64,000 nt of DNA, taken from positions 1 through 64,000 of IMG/VR virus record IMGVR_UViG_3300002026_002465; one strand, 5' to 3'. The notes under the pieces are model-generated. The model saw only the letters and a program-made list of their open reading frames with translations. It was not told the DNA's origin and searched no databases. Source of the DNA: a virus. The position numbers were made by a program, and so were the translations under genes. The number at the start of each line of letters is the position of its first letter. Positions within the stretch are counted from its first letter, which is position 1. Shown one piece after another: positions 42,763-52,104 of this stretch.

Positions 42763-44268
42763 ATGAATATTTGGGAAAAAATAGCTAAAGAAATAGATTT
42801 CGTAGAATATATAAATCTGAACGAATCTGCTCCTCTCGCTGTCAATTGGAAAGCTGAGGATGTAACAATTTTAACAAATGAAAAACCAAATGAAGGTGGC
42901 AATGGTGGACAACCTTCACCAAATGGTGGATCAAAAACACAAAGTGTTAATGATGGCCCAGCAAATCCAACAAATGGTGGTAAAAAAGGTGAAAAAGATG
43001 AGAAAGATAAGAAGGGTGAAAAGGGTGATAAACCAAGCAAGGGTGGAAAAGGTGAAGAAACTAGCAATCCTGTTGAAGATGATCAAACTGGCGAATTAGA
43101 AGGTGGAAAACCAACTGATGATAAAAACAAGAAAGGTGAATGGAAAAAAGGAACTGGTAAAAAACTTCCTGGTAATGAAAAAATGGAATCAATTGATGAT
43201 CACAATATAATGCGATCAAAATCTGATGGATCAAAATTAGATGATGCTCTAAATAAAATACATGAAAAAATGTCAAGAAGAACTGGCAAAAAGAACCCAG
43301 ATGATTGGGTTGGGGCGGCTGGCGATATGTTTAGAGATGACATTAAAAAGGTTGTTAGAAGACGCCTTCCAATGGATAAAATCAAAAATGAATTAGCTGC
43401 CTTTAAAGAAGAAATATCTAAAGCTGTGATGGATGACGAAACTTATCAATTATCAGTTTTATCAGGTTCTTCAAGAGGTGGAGAAGCTGATATAAATAGA
43501 CCTGTTGAAATTAAAGATACTGATACAGATAAAAAATCAGCTATACTTTTCTTTTGTGTAGATACATCAGGATCAATGGGAGATGAAGAGTTTGAATTAG
43601 TGTTTGGATGGTTAAGAGAAATTGCAGAATTCTTTAAATCTGATTCAGCAGGATCAGGCGGAATACCTGGTAAAGTTTATATTATAGAATATGATACTAG
43701 GGTATATACACCAATTAGAGAATGGAGAAATGATAAACTTCCAATGGCTCCAAGAGGTGGTGGTGGAAATGCTGTAAATTGTGTATATAATTTTTTGAAT
43801 AAACACTTTGTTAAAACTGATACAAGGGGGAATCTTGTAACAAATAGCTTCGTCTTTAAAGAAAGTGATTCACAACTTTTTGATAATGAAGATAAAAAAG
43901 AATTCTATGATATAGAACATGAAATAGAAACAACTTATGTCAAAGATGATGCTAGACAAGAACAATTAAAAAAACTAAAGAGCAAGAACTTTAAATATGG
44001 TGATGTTTTAAAGGAATCTTTTGATTATGCAAATGTTCCATTCTTGTTATTTTTTACTGATGGTTATGATGACGTTCCTAATGCTTTTGGACCGTTATAC
44101 AGAAATAATCTTGGAAACATATTATATGTTATAACCTCTAAAGCATGGCTTGGAAACATGAGACCAAGAAACTTTATTTATTGTGATATACATGTAGAAT
44201 CTTTTAGTGATTCTTTTGATACAGATGGTAATTTAGTTGATAATGGACAAGCAAATCGCCGGGGATAA
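42763..44268 (+). CDS. vWA domain protein (DUF2201 C-terminal-like) with Gly/Lys-rich linker
   Basis: VDTSGSM, PRGGGG, FFTDGY. Confidence 0.82.
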   Translation: MNIWEKIAKEIDFVEYINLNESAPLAVNWKAEDVTILTNEKPNEGGNGGQPSPNGGSKTQSVNDGPANPTNGGKKGEKDEKDKKGEKGDKPSKGGKGEETSNPVEDDQTGELEGGKPTDDKNKKGEWKKGTGKKLPGNEKMESIDDHNIMRSKSDGSKLDDALNKIHEKMSRRTGKKNPDDWVGAAGDMFRDDIKKVVRRRLPMDKIKNELAAFKEEISKAVMDDETYQLSVLSGSSRGGEADINRPVEIKDTDTDKKSAILFFCVDTSGSMGDEEFELVFGWLREIAEFFKSDSAGSGGIPGKVYIIEYDTRVYTPIREWRNDKLPMAPRGGGGNAVNCVYNFLNKHFVKTDTRGNLVTNSFVFKESDSQLFDNEDKKEFYDIEHEIETTYVKDDARQEQLKKLKSKNFKYGDVLKESFDYANVPFLLFFTDGYDDVPNAFGPLYRNNLGNILYVITSKAWLGNMRPRNFIYCDIHVESFSDSFDTDGNLVDNGQANRRG

Positions 44269-44282
44269 GCATATATAGGTAT

Positions 44283-44630
44283 ATGAATTTAGACCTAAAA
44301 AATGTCTTATTAGCTAAAACTGGACTTAGAGACAAAGTCATATCTGTAGATGGTTTAATAAAAACATCTACAGATGAGGCCTATAATTTACTTGTAAAAT
44401 CTGGATATACTTCTAAAATAGTATTTTTCCAAAAATCTGTTAAAATCTTTAAAAACCTCCTAAAACAATTTAATACAAATGAAATTTATAAGTTCTATAG
44501 ACCACATGGTAAATATAGACGCCATAGTAAGATCTTAAAAAAAGAAACTATAAATCTTGTTTTATCCTCTAAATATAGTAAAATCAAAAAACAAATAGAA
44601 GAGAAAATGCATGAAAATACTTATACTTGA
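44283..44630 (+). CDS. Basic hypothetical protein
   Basis: ORF after AAGCATAT motif. Confidence 0.55.
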   Translation: MNLDLKNVLLAKTGLRDKVISVDGLIKTSTDEAYNLLVKSGYTSKIVFFQKSVKIFKNLLKQFNTNEIYKFYRPHGKYRRHSKILKKETINLVLSSKYSKIKKQIEEKMHENTYT

Positions 44631-44955
44631 AGACGCTAACTCAAGAATACAAACATTTATTAAACATTATGGAAAAAAACATGATTTGTATTTTTTTGAC
44701 AATATAACAGATGCAAAAGATGCTCTAAATTTATTAGGTCCATTTGATGTTATATTCTTAGATCATGATTTAGATGATAGGGTTTATGTTAATTCTAATG
44801 AGGCAAACACTGGTTATCAACTTGCAAAATGGATGCAAGAAAACAATATATCTGCTGAAGAAATTATTATTCATTCAATGAATCCTGTAGGAGCTGACAA
44901 TATTAAAGCTGTGTTGCCACAAGCAAAAATAATACCTTTTATAAATTTATTCTAA
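44611..44955 (+). CDS. Cyclic-phosphate-processing receiver-like domain protein
   Basis: ILILED, IFLDHDL, TGYQLAKWM, IIHSMNPVGA pattern. Confidence 0.75.
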   Translation: MKILILEDANSRIQTFIKHYGKKHDLYFFDNITDAKDALNLLGPFDVIFLDHDLDDRVYVNSNEANTGYQLAKWMQENNISAEEIIIHSMNPVGADNIKAVLPQAKIIPFINLF

Positions 44956-44957
44956 AG

Positions 44958-45338
44958 TTGGAAAAAATGCAAGACAATGAAAAGGCCAAGGTTCTTTTAG
45001 AAAATGGATCATATTTAAAACATATTGTTGATGTTTTAGAAAAAAATGATATTCATGATTTTATGATTGAAGAATATTTCTCCCAAGAAATAGAAAGAAA
45101 ATTAGAAGAAACAGATCGTTGGTTAATAAAAGAAAACTGGGATGGAGATGAAATAGCTGACTTCTTAAGTGATGGTTACTCAAGAAATGATATTGTTTAT
45201 GCTGATATTGAAGAACTAACTCAAGAATTAAAAATAGAAGCAACCATAAATATAGCTCAATATTATATTGATAAATATTTCAATAAAGATTCAGATTTAT
45301 TAGATAATATGATTTTATATATTAAAGAATGTCAATAA
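44958..45338 (+). CDS. Acidic hypothetical protein
   Basis: ORF in operon. Confidence 0.6.
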   Translation: MEKMQDNEKAKVLLENGSYLKHIVDVLEKNDIHDFMIEEYFSQEIERKLEETDRWLIKENWDGDEIADFLSDGYSRNDIVYADIEELTQELKIEATINIAQYYIDKYFNKDSDLLDNMILYIKECQ

Positions 45339-46027
45339 TAGATGAAAAATTTTTACAAGAAAAAATAGATTCTCGTGATTTTACTTGGTTTTCTACTGGT
45401 GGAAATAGATCAAGAGTAAAAAGATTTTTTAAAACGACACAATTAAATTCAGCCTTACTTTTTGATTTATGGAATGTAAGATCCATAAGATATGATTTAG
45501 TAAGTATGCAATCTCTTCCAGAAGATCTGGTTATAGAAATAATTTGTGAAGCTGGATCAAAAAAAAGAGATATAACAAAAGCAATGTATATTGAAACATT
45601 GCTTAAACAAAAAATTACTCAGGCAATTATAACTCAACATATACAACAAGTAGATTTAGGACTATATCTTGTTGCATGGGAAGTAATACCAAAAACAATG
45701 CTTTTATATAGTGATTTTGATGCCTTTATGCAAATTGTCAGTGGGATGAACAATGACTTCTGGACTTTTCAAAAAGAAAGGAAGGGGGCTGTAGTATCTA
45801 TAATAAGAGCAGAACCATCTAAATTAGATGAGATAATCCATTTCCTTTGTCCTATGCCATCTCATGTAAGTTTTGAAATAATTTCTGCTTTATCAAAAAT
45901 TGTTTTCTTTTCTGATGAGTTGGTATCTTTTTTAAGATCCTCACTTGACCAAAGTACATTCCTTTCGGTCATGGAACATATAATCGTAATAACTGTTCTA
46001 TCAATTCTAAGGCAAGATTTCTTTTAG
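45329..46027 (+). CDS. Hypothetical protein
   Basis: 232-aa ORF. Confidence 0.65.
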   Translation: MSIIDEKFLQEKIDSRDFTWFSTGGNRSRVKRFFKTTQLNSALLFDLWNVRSIRYDLVSMQSLPEDLVIEIICEAGSKKRDITKAMYIETLLKQKITQAIITQHIQQVDLGLYLVAWEVIPKTMLLYSDFDAFMQIVSGMNNDFWTFQKERKGAVVSIIRAEPSKLDEIIHFLCPMPSHVSFEIISALSKIVFFSDELVSFLRSSLDQSTFLSVMEHIIVITVLSILRQDFF

Positions 46028-46050
46028 AGAGTTGATATTTATGGTATAAT
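46023..46050 (+). promoter_or_regulatory. Class 1 promoter TTTAGA-N16-TATAAT
   Basis: Recurring motif. Confidence 0.7.
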
Positions 46051-46210
46051 ATATTCATGAATATCAAGTTTGATTTTAAGTATTATACTTGGGGTTGAGA
46101 GTATATTTTTTCAGATTATTGGACCAGTTTTTATGAATAAAGTTATGGTTTCTTCGGCAAAAGCTCTTCTTGAAAAAGAATAAAGCATATTTATAGATTT
46201 AGGAGTATAT

Positions 46211-46537
46211 ATGATCATAGGGCAAGACTTTGACAAAATTACTCAGGTTAGCCTTGATGCTCTAAAACAACTATCTAATAAAAAGCTTAAAAGAGTAGTC
46301 ATTATTCTTGATGAAACTGGTTATGAAACAGCCTTTATTTTTGAAGATAAAGATGTATATACTGCATCTGGATTTTCCATTGGGTATAACGGAGAGGGGC
46401 CAAGAGGCCTTTATTCTGCCATTAAAATGTTCTGTCCTGATGCTATTGGAGAGGATTTTTTCAAAACAAAGATCTCTACACTTAAGGGTGGAAAATGGGT
46501 TTGGAGTCCTGAATATGATTTTGTAGAAATAGTTTAG
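46211..46537 (+). CDS. Hypothetical protein
   Basis: AGGAG RBS; GFSIGYNGEGPRGL motif. Confidence 0.65.
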   Translation: MIIGQDFDKITQVSLDALKQLSNKKLKRVVIILDETGYETAFIFEDKDVYTASGFSIGYNGEGPRGLYSAIKMFCPDAIGEDFFKTKISTLKGGKWVWSPEYDFVEIV

Positions 46538-46560
46538 AGAATACATTTATATAGTATAAT
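46533..46560 (+). promoter_or_regulatory. Class 1 promoter TTTAGA-N16-TATAAT
   Basis: Upstream of AAA ATPase 2. Confidence 0.75.
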
Positions 46561-46585
46561 TACATAACAAACATTTGGGGGATTT

Positions 46586-47803
46586 ATGACAATTACAGAG
46601 CTTAAAGCTCGTATTCGCATGATTATTAAAAAGGGTTTTATACAGCCAGTCACACCATTCATTCATGGCGCTCCTGGAGTTGGAAAGTCAGAATCTGTTT
46701 ATCAGATTGCAGAAGAGCTTGGAATTGGCTTTATTGACTTGCGCCTCTCTCAGCTAGAATCAGCTGACCTTCGAGGTATCCCAGTTCCTAACATTGAAAT
46801 TGGATCCTCTAAATGGCTTCCTCCTGAAACTATTCCTTTTGAAGCCTTTGCCAATCTTCCTATTCCTGAAACTTATCCCATCAATAAAGGTAAGAAATTT
46901 AAAGATGGTGGAATTCTATTTCTTGATGAATTCAACCGAGCAAGGTTTGATGTTCAGCAGGCCGCTTTCCAGCTTGTTCTAGACCGTGCAGTTGGTCTTC
47001 ACAAAATGCTTGATAACTGGTATATTGTAGCCGCGGGTAACCTTGGTGAAGATGATGGAACTGATGTCAATGAAATGGACTCAGCTCTAAACAACAGATT
47101 TGCCCACTTCACAGCTACAGTAAACGACAAGGTATGGCTTGATTGGGCAGAGAAAGCAGGTGTTCATCCTGATGTAATTGGGTTCATCCAGGCTAAACCT
47201 GGCTACCTCCAGAAGAAGATTAAAGAGGACGATAATGTCATCCTTACTCCTCGTTCTTGGAAAAAGTTTTCTGATATTCTGAACCAGAATAGTGATACTG
47301 ATCCTAAAGACGTTGCTGAACTTGTTGGTGCCTCTATTATCAATGGAGCGGCAGCCCAGTTTGTTACATGGCTTGATCAGAAGTCAATTGTCTCTCCTCT
47401 TGATGTCTTGACAAAATACAAGACTATGAAAAAGCGGATCAAGGCAATGCAGAGAGATCAGGTTTATGGTCTTAACGAAGAGCTTTCTGGTTATATCTCA
47501 AAGAACTGGAAGGGAGCAAAAGAAGGTGAATATGAAAAGGCCTTCCTTGCCGCTCAGGCTAATGGAGAAAACAAAGAAACTGCCAAGAAAACTGCTAATG
47601 CAAAAGCAGATGCTCTCCTTGATGTTTGGCTTGAGAATATTCATGCTTTTACACAGGAGTGCCTTGAAAAGGATATCTATATTGCCTTTATGCAGAATGT
47701 AACTCGCAAGTGTTCTAAAGAAGGCAATGACTTCATTGACTATTACCTTAAAAAGTACATTGCTGAATCAAAGGATATTGTAGCTGCCTTGACTAAGCGC
47801 TAA
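46586..47803 (+). CDS. MoxR-related AAA+ ATPase (system 2)
   Basis: HGAPGVGKS, FLDEFNRA, IVAAGN, ALNNRF, TPRSW. Confidence 0.92.
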   Translation: MTITELKARIRMIIKKGFIQPVTPFIHGAPGVGKSESVYQIAEELGIGFIDLRLSQLESADLRGIPVPNIEIGSSKWLPPETIPFEAFANLPIPETYPINKGKKFKDGGILFLDEFNRARFDVQQAAFQLVLDRAVGLHKMLDNWYIVAAGNLGEDDGTDVNEMDSALNNRFAHFTATVNDKVWLDWAEKAGVHPDVIGFIQAKPGYLQKKIKEDDNVILTPRSWKKFSDILNQNSDTDPKDVAELVGASIINGAAAQFVTWLDQKSIVSPLDVLTKYKTMKKRIKAMQRDQVYGLNEELSGYISKNWKGAKEGEYEKAFLAAQANGENKETAKKTANAKADALLDVWLENIHAFTQECLEKDIYIAFMQNVTRKCSKEGNDFIDYYLKKYIAESKDIVAALTKR

Positions 47804-47809
47804 ACAAAT

Positions 47810-47833
47810 GGGGGTCATTACGACCCCCGTTTT
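47810..47833 (+). terminator. Intrinsic terminator
   Basis: GGGGGTC-ATTAC-GACCCCC then GTTTT. Confidence 0.75.
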
Positions 47834-47835
47834 AA

Positions 47836-47863
47836 TTTAGAGATATAAAAAAAGTAGTATAAT
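47836..47863 (+). promoter_or_regulatory. Class 1 promoter TTTAGA-N16-TATAAT
   Basis: Upstream of peptidase-vWA gene. Confidence 0.75.
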
Positions 47864-47880
47864 TATAGTAGGAGAAACTA

Positions 47881-49521
47881 ATGGCTGAAGAAATAAACAC
47901 TACTAAAGCAGAACTTACAGAAGAGCAGAAAAAATATATTCACGATCAGGTTGATTCTTTTAACGAAAGAATGAAAGTGGATAAGGTACGCATCCCTGCA
48001 GAAGTAGAAGAAGTTTCTCTCCGCTGGGTAAAACACGCTCCATTTCTCTCTGAGTTTCTTTTGCGTTTTAATTATTTTATGACTGAACAGATTCCTACTA
48101 TGGGTGTTAATTCCAGAAGGGGCAGAATCAATCTTTATATGAACCCAAAGTTTATGCGAGGTGGACAGTTTCTTCCTCGTATGCAGTGGGTTGATGACAA
48201 GAAAAATCCTCTTAAAGAAGATAAAGCAGGAAACCCTATAGATTCTAATGGAAAGGTTCTTCCTAAAGAGACAGTTCAGCAACTTCCAGTTTTTGAAAAA
48301 GATTCTAATGGAAACATTAAACTTGATCCATTTGGAGCTCCAATTATAGAACAGTATGAATCAGCTCCAATGACTGAGGAAGAGCTTGAGGGCGTACTCG
48401 TTCATGAAATTGAGCATCTTATTAGGTGCCATGGAGAGCGCGCTCTTGAAGACCACTATATCTGGAATATAGCCGCTGATATGCTCATCAATGATGACAT
48501 TACAACCATGTCTATAGGAAACAGAAAACTTGTTCTCCCTAAGGGTGCCGTTTATTTGGCTCAGGCTACAAAAGACGGATACACTGGTCAGAAGATAACA
48601 GAGGAACTTTATTTCTGGTTGCTTGATAAGCGAAATGAATATAGAAACCAGATGGAAGATTTGATCAAACAGGCAGGTGGTGGATCTGGCGGAGAGGGTG
48701 GTAAATGTCCTCATTGTGATGGAAGTGGAAAAGAAAAAGATGACAATGGAAATGAGACAGATCAGCCTTGCCCACATTGTGCAGGAACTGGAAAACAGCC
48801 TTCTGGAAATGGTGATGAATTGTTTGATGCAATCTATGGATCAAAAATTGATGATCACTCTGTAATGGAAGAGTCTGATTCTCTTGCTGAACAGGCTATC
48901 AAAGAAATTATTGATACTGCTCAAATTCGTGGTTGGGGAAATATGACAGGCTCAGGTGTTACAAAGCTTGAAGAACTTTGCAAGGGAGCCAAGATAAATT
49001 GGAAGACTCTTTTGAGAAAATATCTTTCAGCTGCTGTATCATCACCTGGAAACATTTATGAGAATAACTGGTCAAGGAGAAATAGACGTGGTCTTCCTCT
49101 CCCTGGAATTAAAAAACTTAGTAATAAGGTTGTTGTTGGTATAGACGTTTCAGGTTCAATTGGTGATCATGATATTCAGGTATTCTTTACAGAAATTGAA
49201 AAAATTGTAAAGGATGTTGGACAACTTACAGTTATTCAGTGGGATACTGAAATAAAGGATGTTTGGAAGGAATATAAGAGAGGTGATTACAAGAAAATCA
49301 AAATCACTGGACGTGGCGGTACAGACGTTCAGAAAACATATAACTGGATGAAAGAAAATAAGATGGATCAATATCCTCTTGTTATGTTTACAGATGGTTG
49401 GTTTGATTATGATTTTGATACTCAGCATGTTAAAACTGTCTGGTGTGTTACAGATGAGAGTAGATGCACGGTTCCAGGTGGAAAGAATATCTTTGTAAAT
49501 ATAAAAGATTATCACAAATGA
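47881..49521 (+). CDS. DUF2201-type metallopeptidase-vWA fusion with DnaJ-like zinc-finger insertion
   Basis: IPTMGV, HEIEHLIRCH, NIAADMLIN, CPHCDGSG/CPHCAGTG, IDVSGSI, GRGGTD, MFTDG. Confidence 0.9.
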   Translation: MAEEINTTKAELTEEQKKYIHDQVDSFNERMKVDKVRIPAEVEEVSLRWVKHAPFLSEFLLRFNYFMTEQIPTMGVNSRRGRINLYMNPKFMRGGQFLPRMQWVDDKKNPLKEDKAGNPIDSNGKVLPKETVQQLPVFEKDSNGNIKLDPFGAPIIEQYESAPMTEEELEGVLVHEIEHLIRCHGERALEDHYIWNIAADMLINDDITTMSIGNRKLVLPKGAVYLAQATKDGYTGQKITEELYFWLLDKRNEYRNQMEDLIKQAGGGSGGEGGKCPHCDGSGKEKDDNGNETDQPCPHCAGTGKQPSGNGDELFDAIYGSKIDDHSVMEESDSLAEQAIKEIIDTAQIRGWGNMTGSGVTKLEELCKGAKINWKTLLRKYLSAAVSSPGNIYENNWSRRNRRGLPLPGIKKLSNKVVVGIDVSGSIGDHDIQVFFTEIEKIVKDVGQLTVIQWDTEIKDVWKEYKRGDYKKIKITGRGGTDVQKTYNWMKENKMDQYPLVMFTDGWFDYDFDTQHVKTVWCVTDESRCTVPGGKNIFVNIKDYHK

Positions 49522-49533
49522 CTAAATGACCGG

Positions 49534-49565
49534 ATCCCCCAAAGATAATTCTTTGGGGGATTTTA
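49534..49565 (+). terminator. Intrinsic terminator containing an AAGATAAT motif
   Basis: ATCCCCCAAAG-ATAATT-CTTTGGGGGAT then T-tract. Confidence 0.8.
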
Positions 49566-50054
49566 ATGGAAAAAATACAAACTCACAATTCTTCTACAAG
49601 ATCTGAAGATGGAATTAAATTCATAACAATAAAAGGTTCTTTAGATAGTTTTAATGTTTATGATGTTTCAAATTATATTGGTGAGATATTATCTACTGCT
49701 ACTGAACAAACAATTGTTTTTGAATTAGAAGGGTTAAATTTTATAACTGCTCATGGCATAGTTTCTTTTATAAATATAATAGAAAACTATAAAGATAAAA
49801 AAAATGTTTATTTAAAAGATGTTAATACAACAATATTAGAACAATTCAAGCTTTTGGGGTTTTATGGATGTTTTCATTTTATTACATCAACAGATGAAAT
49901 TGCAAATATTTCAAATGTTTTATTTCCGAAAACTTTAAATTGTCCATCATGTAATAATAAAATTATTGCCACTAAAAGTGGAAAATTTAAATGTCCTGCT
50001 TGTAAATCAACTATATCAGTAAATAAAGAAGGTAAAATAGATGAAGAAGAATGA
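49566..50054 (+). CDS. STAS (anti-sigma-factor antagonist) domain with C-terminal zinc ribbon
   Basis: IKGSLD, FELEGLNFITAHGI, FKLLGFY; CPSC...CPAC. Confidence 0.8.
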   Translation: MEKIQTHNSSTRSEDGIKFITIKGSLDSFNVYDVSNYIGEILSTATEQTIVFELEGLNFITAHGIVSFINIIENYKDKKNVYLKDVNTTILEQFKLLGFYGCFHFITSTDEIANISNVLFPKTLNCPSCNNKIIATKSGKFKCPACKSTISVNKEGKIDEEE

Positions 50055-50265
50055 TTTTTTTGATAATTTAAATGTTGTTTTTGCTAACTCAGAAGAAAAA
50101 GAGGATTATGCTTTTACGAAAGCGGTTATTTATAGAGATATTAAAACTGGTAAAATAGAAAGTATTCAGGTTATTAATACTGAATATAATGAATTCATGG
50201 TTATAGAAAGAGATGGTGAAGCTTCATTTATTAATATAGGTGATGAAGTAAATGGAGAAAAATAA
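50041..50265 (+). CDS. Hypothetical protein
   Basis: ORF in operon. Confidence 0.55.
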   Translation: MKKNDFFDNLNVVFANSEEKEDYAFTKAVIYRDIKTGKIESIQVINTEYNEFMVIERDGEASFINIGDEVNGEK

Positions 50266-50769
50266 GTGGATCTAAGAAAAAACTTTACAGAAGAAGAATT
50301 TGAACAATGGAAACAAGGATGGTTTGAAGAAAAAGGCTGTCCTTTTTTTGCATGTAGTCAAGCACTATATAGAAAAGTTTGTGGAAAGACATTTTTATGT
50401 GGATCTCTTTTTGATTATGATGGATATAAAAATGATAAGTGGATAAAAGTTTGTGATATAAAACTAGCCCAAGATGAAGAGAATAAATTTCCAACTAAAA
50501 ATTGTCCTGCTTGTATGGGGGCGATGACTTTAAAATCAGACCATGAATCAGGAATTCTATATTCAGATAGTTGGTGTCCTGTTATTAATAATTGGTATGA
50601 AGAAGCCGGGATCAAAGTTTTTAGAAAAAATGAAAAATATGGAGTTACATGGGGAGCTTATATCATACCTCTTGTTGGTGAACAAGCTTATCTCGAAATG
50701 ATAAAGGATCCTAAAAAATTCAAGGAATTTATGGAAAATCCTGAATCATTCAAGGATAATTATGAATGA
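50266..50769 (+). CDS. Cys-rich hypothetical protein
   Basis: CPFFAC...VC...FLC...CPAC. Confidence 0.6.
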   Translation: MDLRKNFTEEEFEQWKQGWFEEKGCPFFACSQALYRKVCGKTFLCGSLFDYDGYKNDKWIKVCDIKLAQDEENKFPTKNCPACMGAMTLKSDHESGILYSDSWCPVINNWYEEAGIKVFRKNEKYGVTWGAYIIPLVGEQAYLEMIKDPKKFKEFMENPESFKDNYE

Positions 50770-51187
50770 AATGATAGCTGAATTATATAATAAATATTTA
50801 TTTCGTTATATGGATTTAAGGGATATAACCCCTGAATGTGTTAATATTATATTACATCAAATTGAAACACATAAATATTTTCTTAATCAAGAATATAAAC
50901 AAGAAATACCTCTATTAACAACTTTTAATTCTTGGATTGAATATGTTTTTGATCCATTTATATATAATGTTGAAAAGAGTGATGTCCTTATATATACAGA
51001 TATTAATGTTTTAGAACTTTTTGTTATTGTAATGAAAATATGGGATGATATGAAAAAAGAAATACCAAAACATGAAAAACACATTCATATTTACCATGCT
51101 ATGGATAAATATTGTTTTAATCTAAAAAACTATCCTCTTATTAAAAAATTTTTTATTTGGATGAGACATAAGCATAATTATATATAA
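50762..51187 (+). CDS. Hypothetical protein
   Basis: IETHKYFLNQE...SW motif. Confidence 0.6.
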   Translation: MNEMIAELYNKYLFRYMDLRDITPECVNIILHQIETHKYFLNQEYKQEIPLLTTFNSWIEYVFDPFIYNVEKSDVLIYTDINVLELFVIVMKIWDDMKKEIPKHEKHIHIYHAMDKYCFNLKNYPLIKKFFIWMRHKHNYI

Positions 51188-51197
51188 CGGAGAAAAT

Positions 51198-51823
51198 ATG
51201 GACTTGAATTTAGAGGAAGATTAATTACATTATGTGGAATTGATCATTCAGGTAAAAGCACAGTAGCAAAGCTTTTAGTTAAAAAACTAAATGATGCAAA
51301 TATACCAGCAATTTATACATTTCAGCCTGGTGATAATGATGGTGAATATAATCAAATGTTGCATGATATGTGTAAAACAAAAAAATATGACCTAGATCCT
51401 CTTTCTAATTTATTTGCATTTCTCCTTGATAGATCTGAACATACTTCTAAAAAGATTATTCCAAACTTGGAAAATGGTGTAGCTGTTATATCAGATAGAT
51501 ATTGGTATAGTACAATTGCCTATCAGTTTTATGGAAAGCAATTGTTAGAAAAGTATAATCTTTCAATGGATCTTGCTTATTGGATGAATAAAGTTGCTTC
51601 ACATAATCTAACACCATATAAGGCTTTTTATCTTAATCGTGCACAAGAACTAGTCAATGCAACTGAAGATGATAATCAAGATCTTTTTGAAACTGAATCT
51701 TCTCTTTTTAAACAAAGAGTAAAAAATGGGTATAAATTTCTTGTGTCTTCAGGTGAATTACAGGAAATAGAAGTAGATTCTGATCCTGAAGTAACTCTTT
51801 CAAGAATTGTAGGTATGATGTGA
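51198..51823 (+). CDS. tmk: Thymidylate kinase (apparent single-base frameshift near 51208)
   Basis: RGRLITLCGIDHSGKST P-loop upstream of the listed ORF, LDRSEH, ISDRYWYSTIAYQ; RBS-ATG at 51198 is one frame off. Confidence 0.85.
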
Positions 51824-52104
51824 GTTATGAGGTTTGTTCATTTTTAGATTGTCCATATCATCCTAAAAATGAATTTAGAAAAAAGATGATGTCAAGACTA
51901 ATGTATAAAATAAAATCTTTTGAAAAAAGAGCAATGGATGTTTATTTTTTTAAGGATATTTTTGCTCCTATCAATAATTTATATGAATTAGAATCCGTTC
52001 CTAGAGAATGCCTCATTTGTTCTCATTTTGTAAAAAGAGATATGAGATTAGAAAGCATATCTCAATCTGCAAAAAAGGAATTGTTAAATGAAGATTTGCA
52101 ATGA
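51820..52104 (+). CDS. Cys/His zinc-binding protein, paralog of 52088 ORF
   Basis: CSFLDCPYH...ECLICSH. Confidence 0.6.
   Translation: MSYEVCSFLDCPYHPKNEFRKKMMSRLMYKIKSFEKRAMDVYFFKDIFAPINNLYELESVPRECLICSHFVKRDMRLESISQSAKKELLNEDLQ

Noticed and set aside
42402-43067. 221-aa Pro/Ser/Phe-rich minus-strand ORF
   Set aside because: Antisense shadow of Gly/Lys/Glu-rich linkers in the peptidase and vWA genes.
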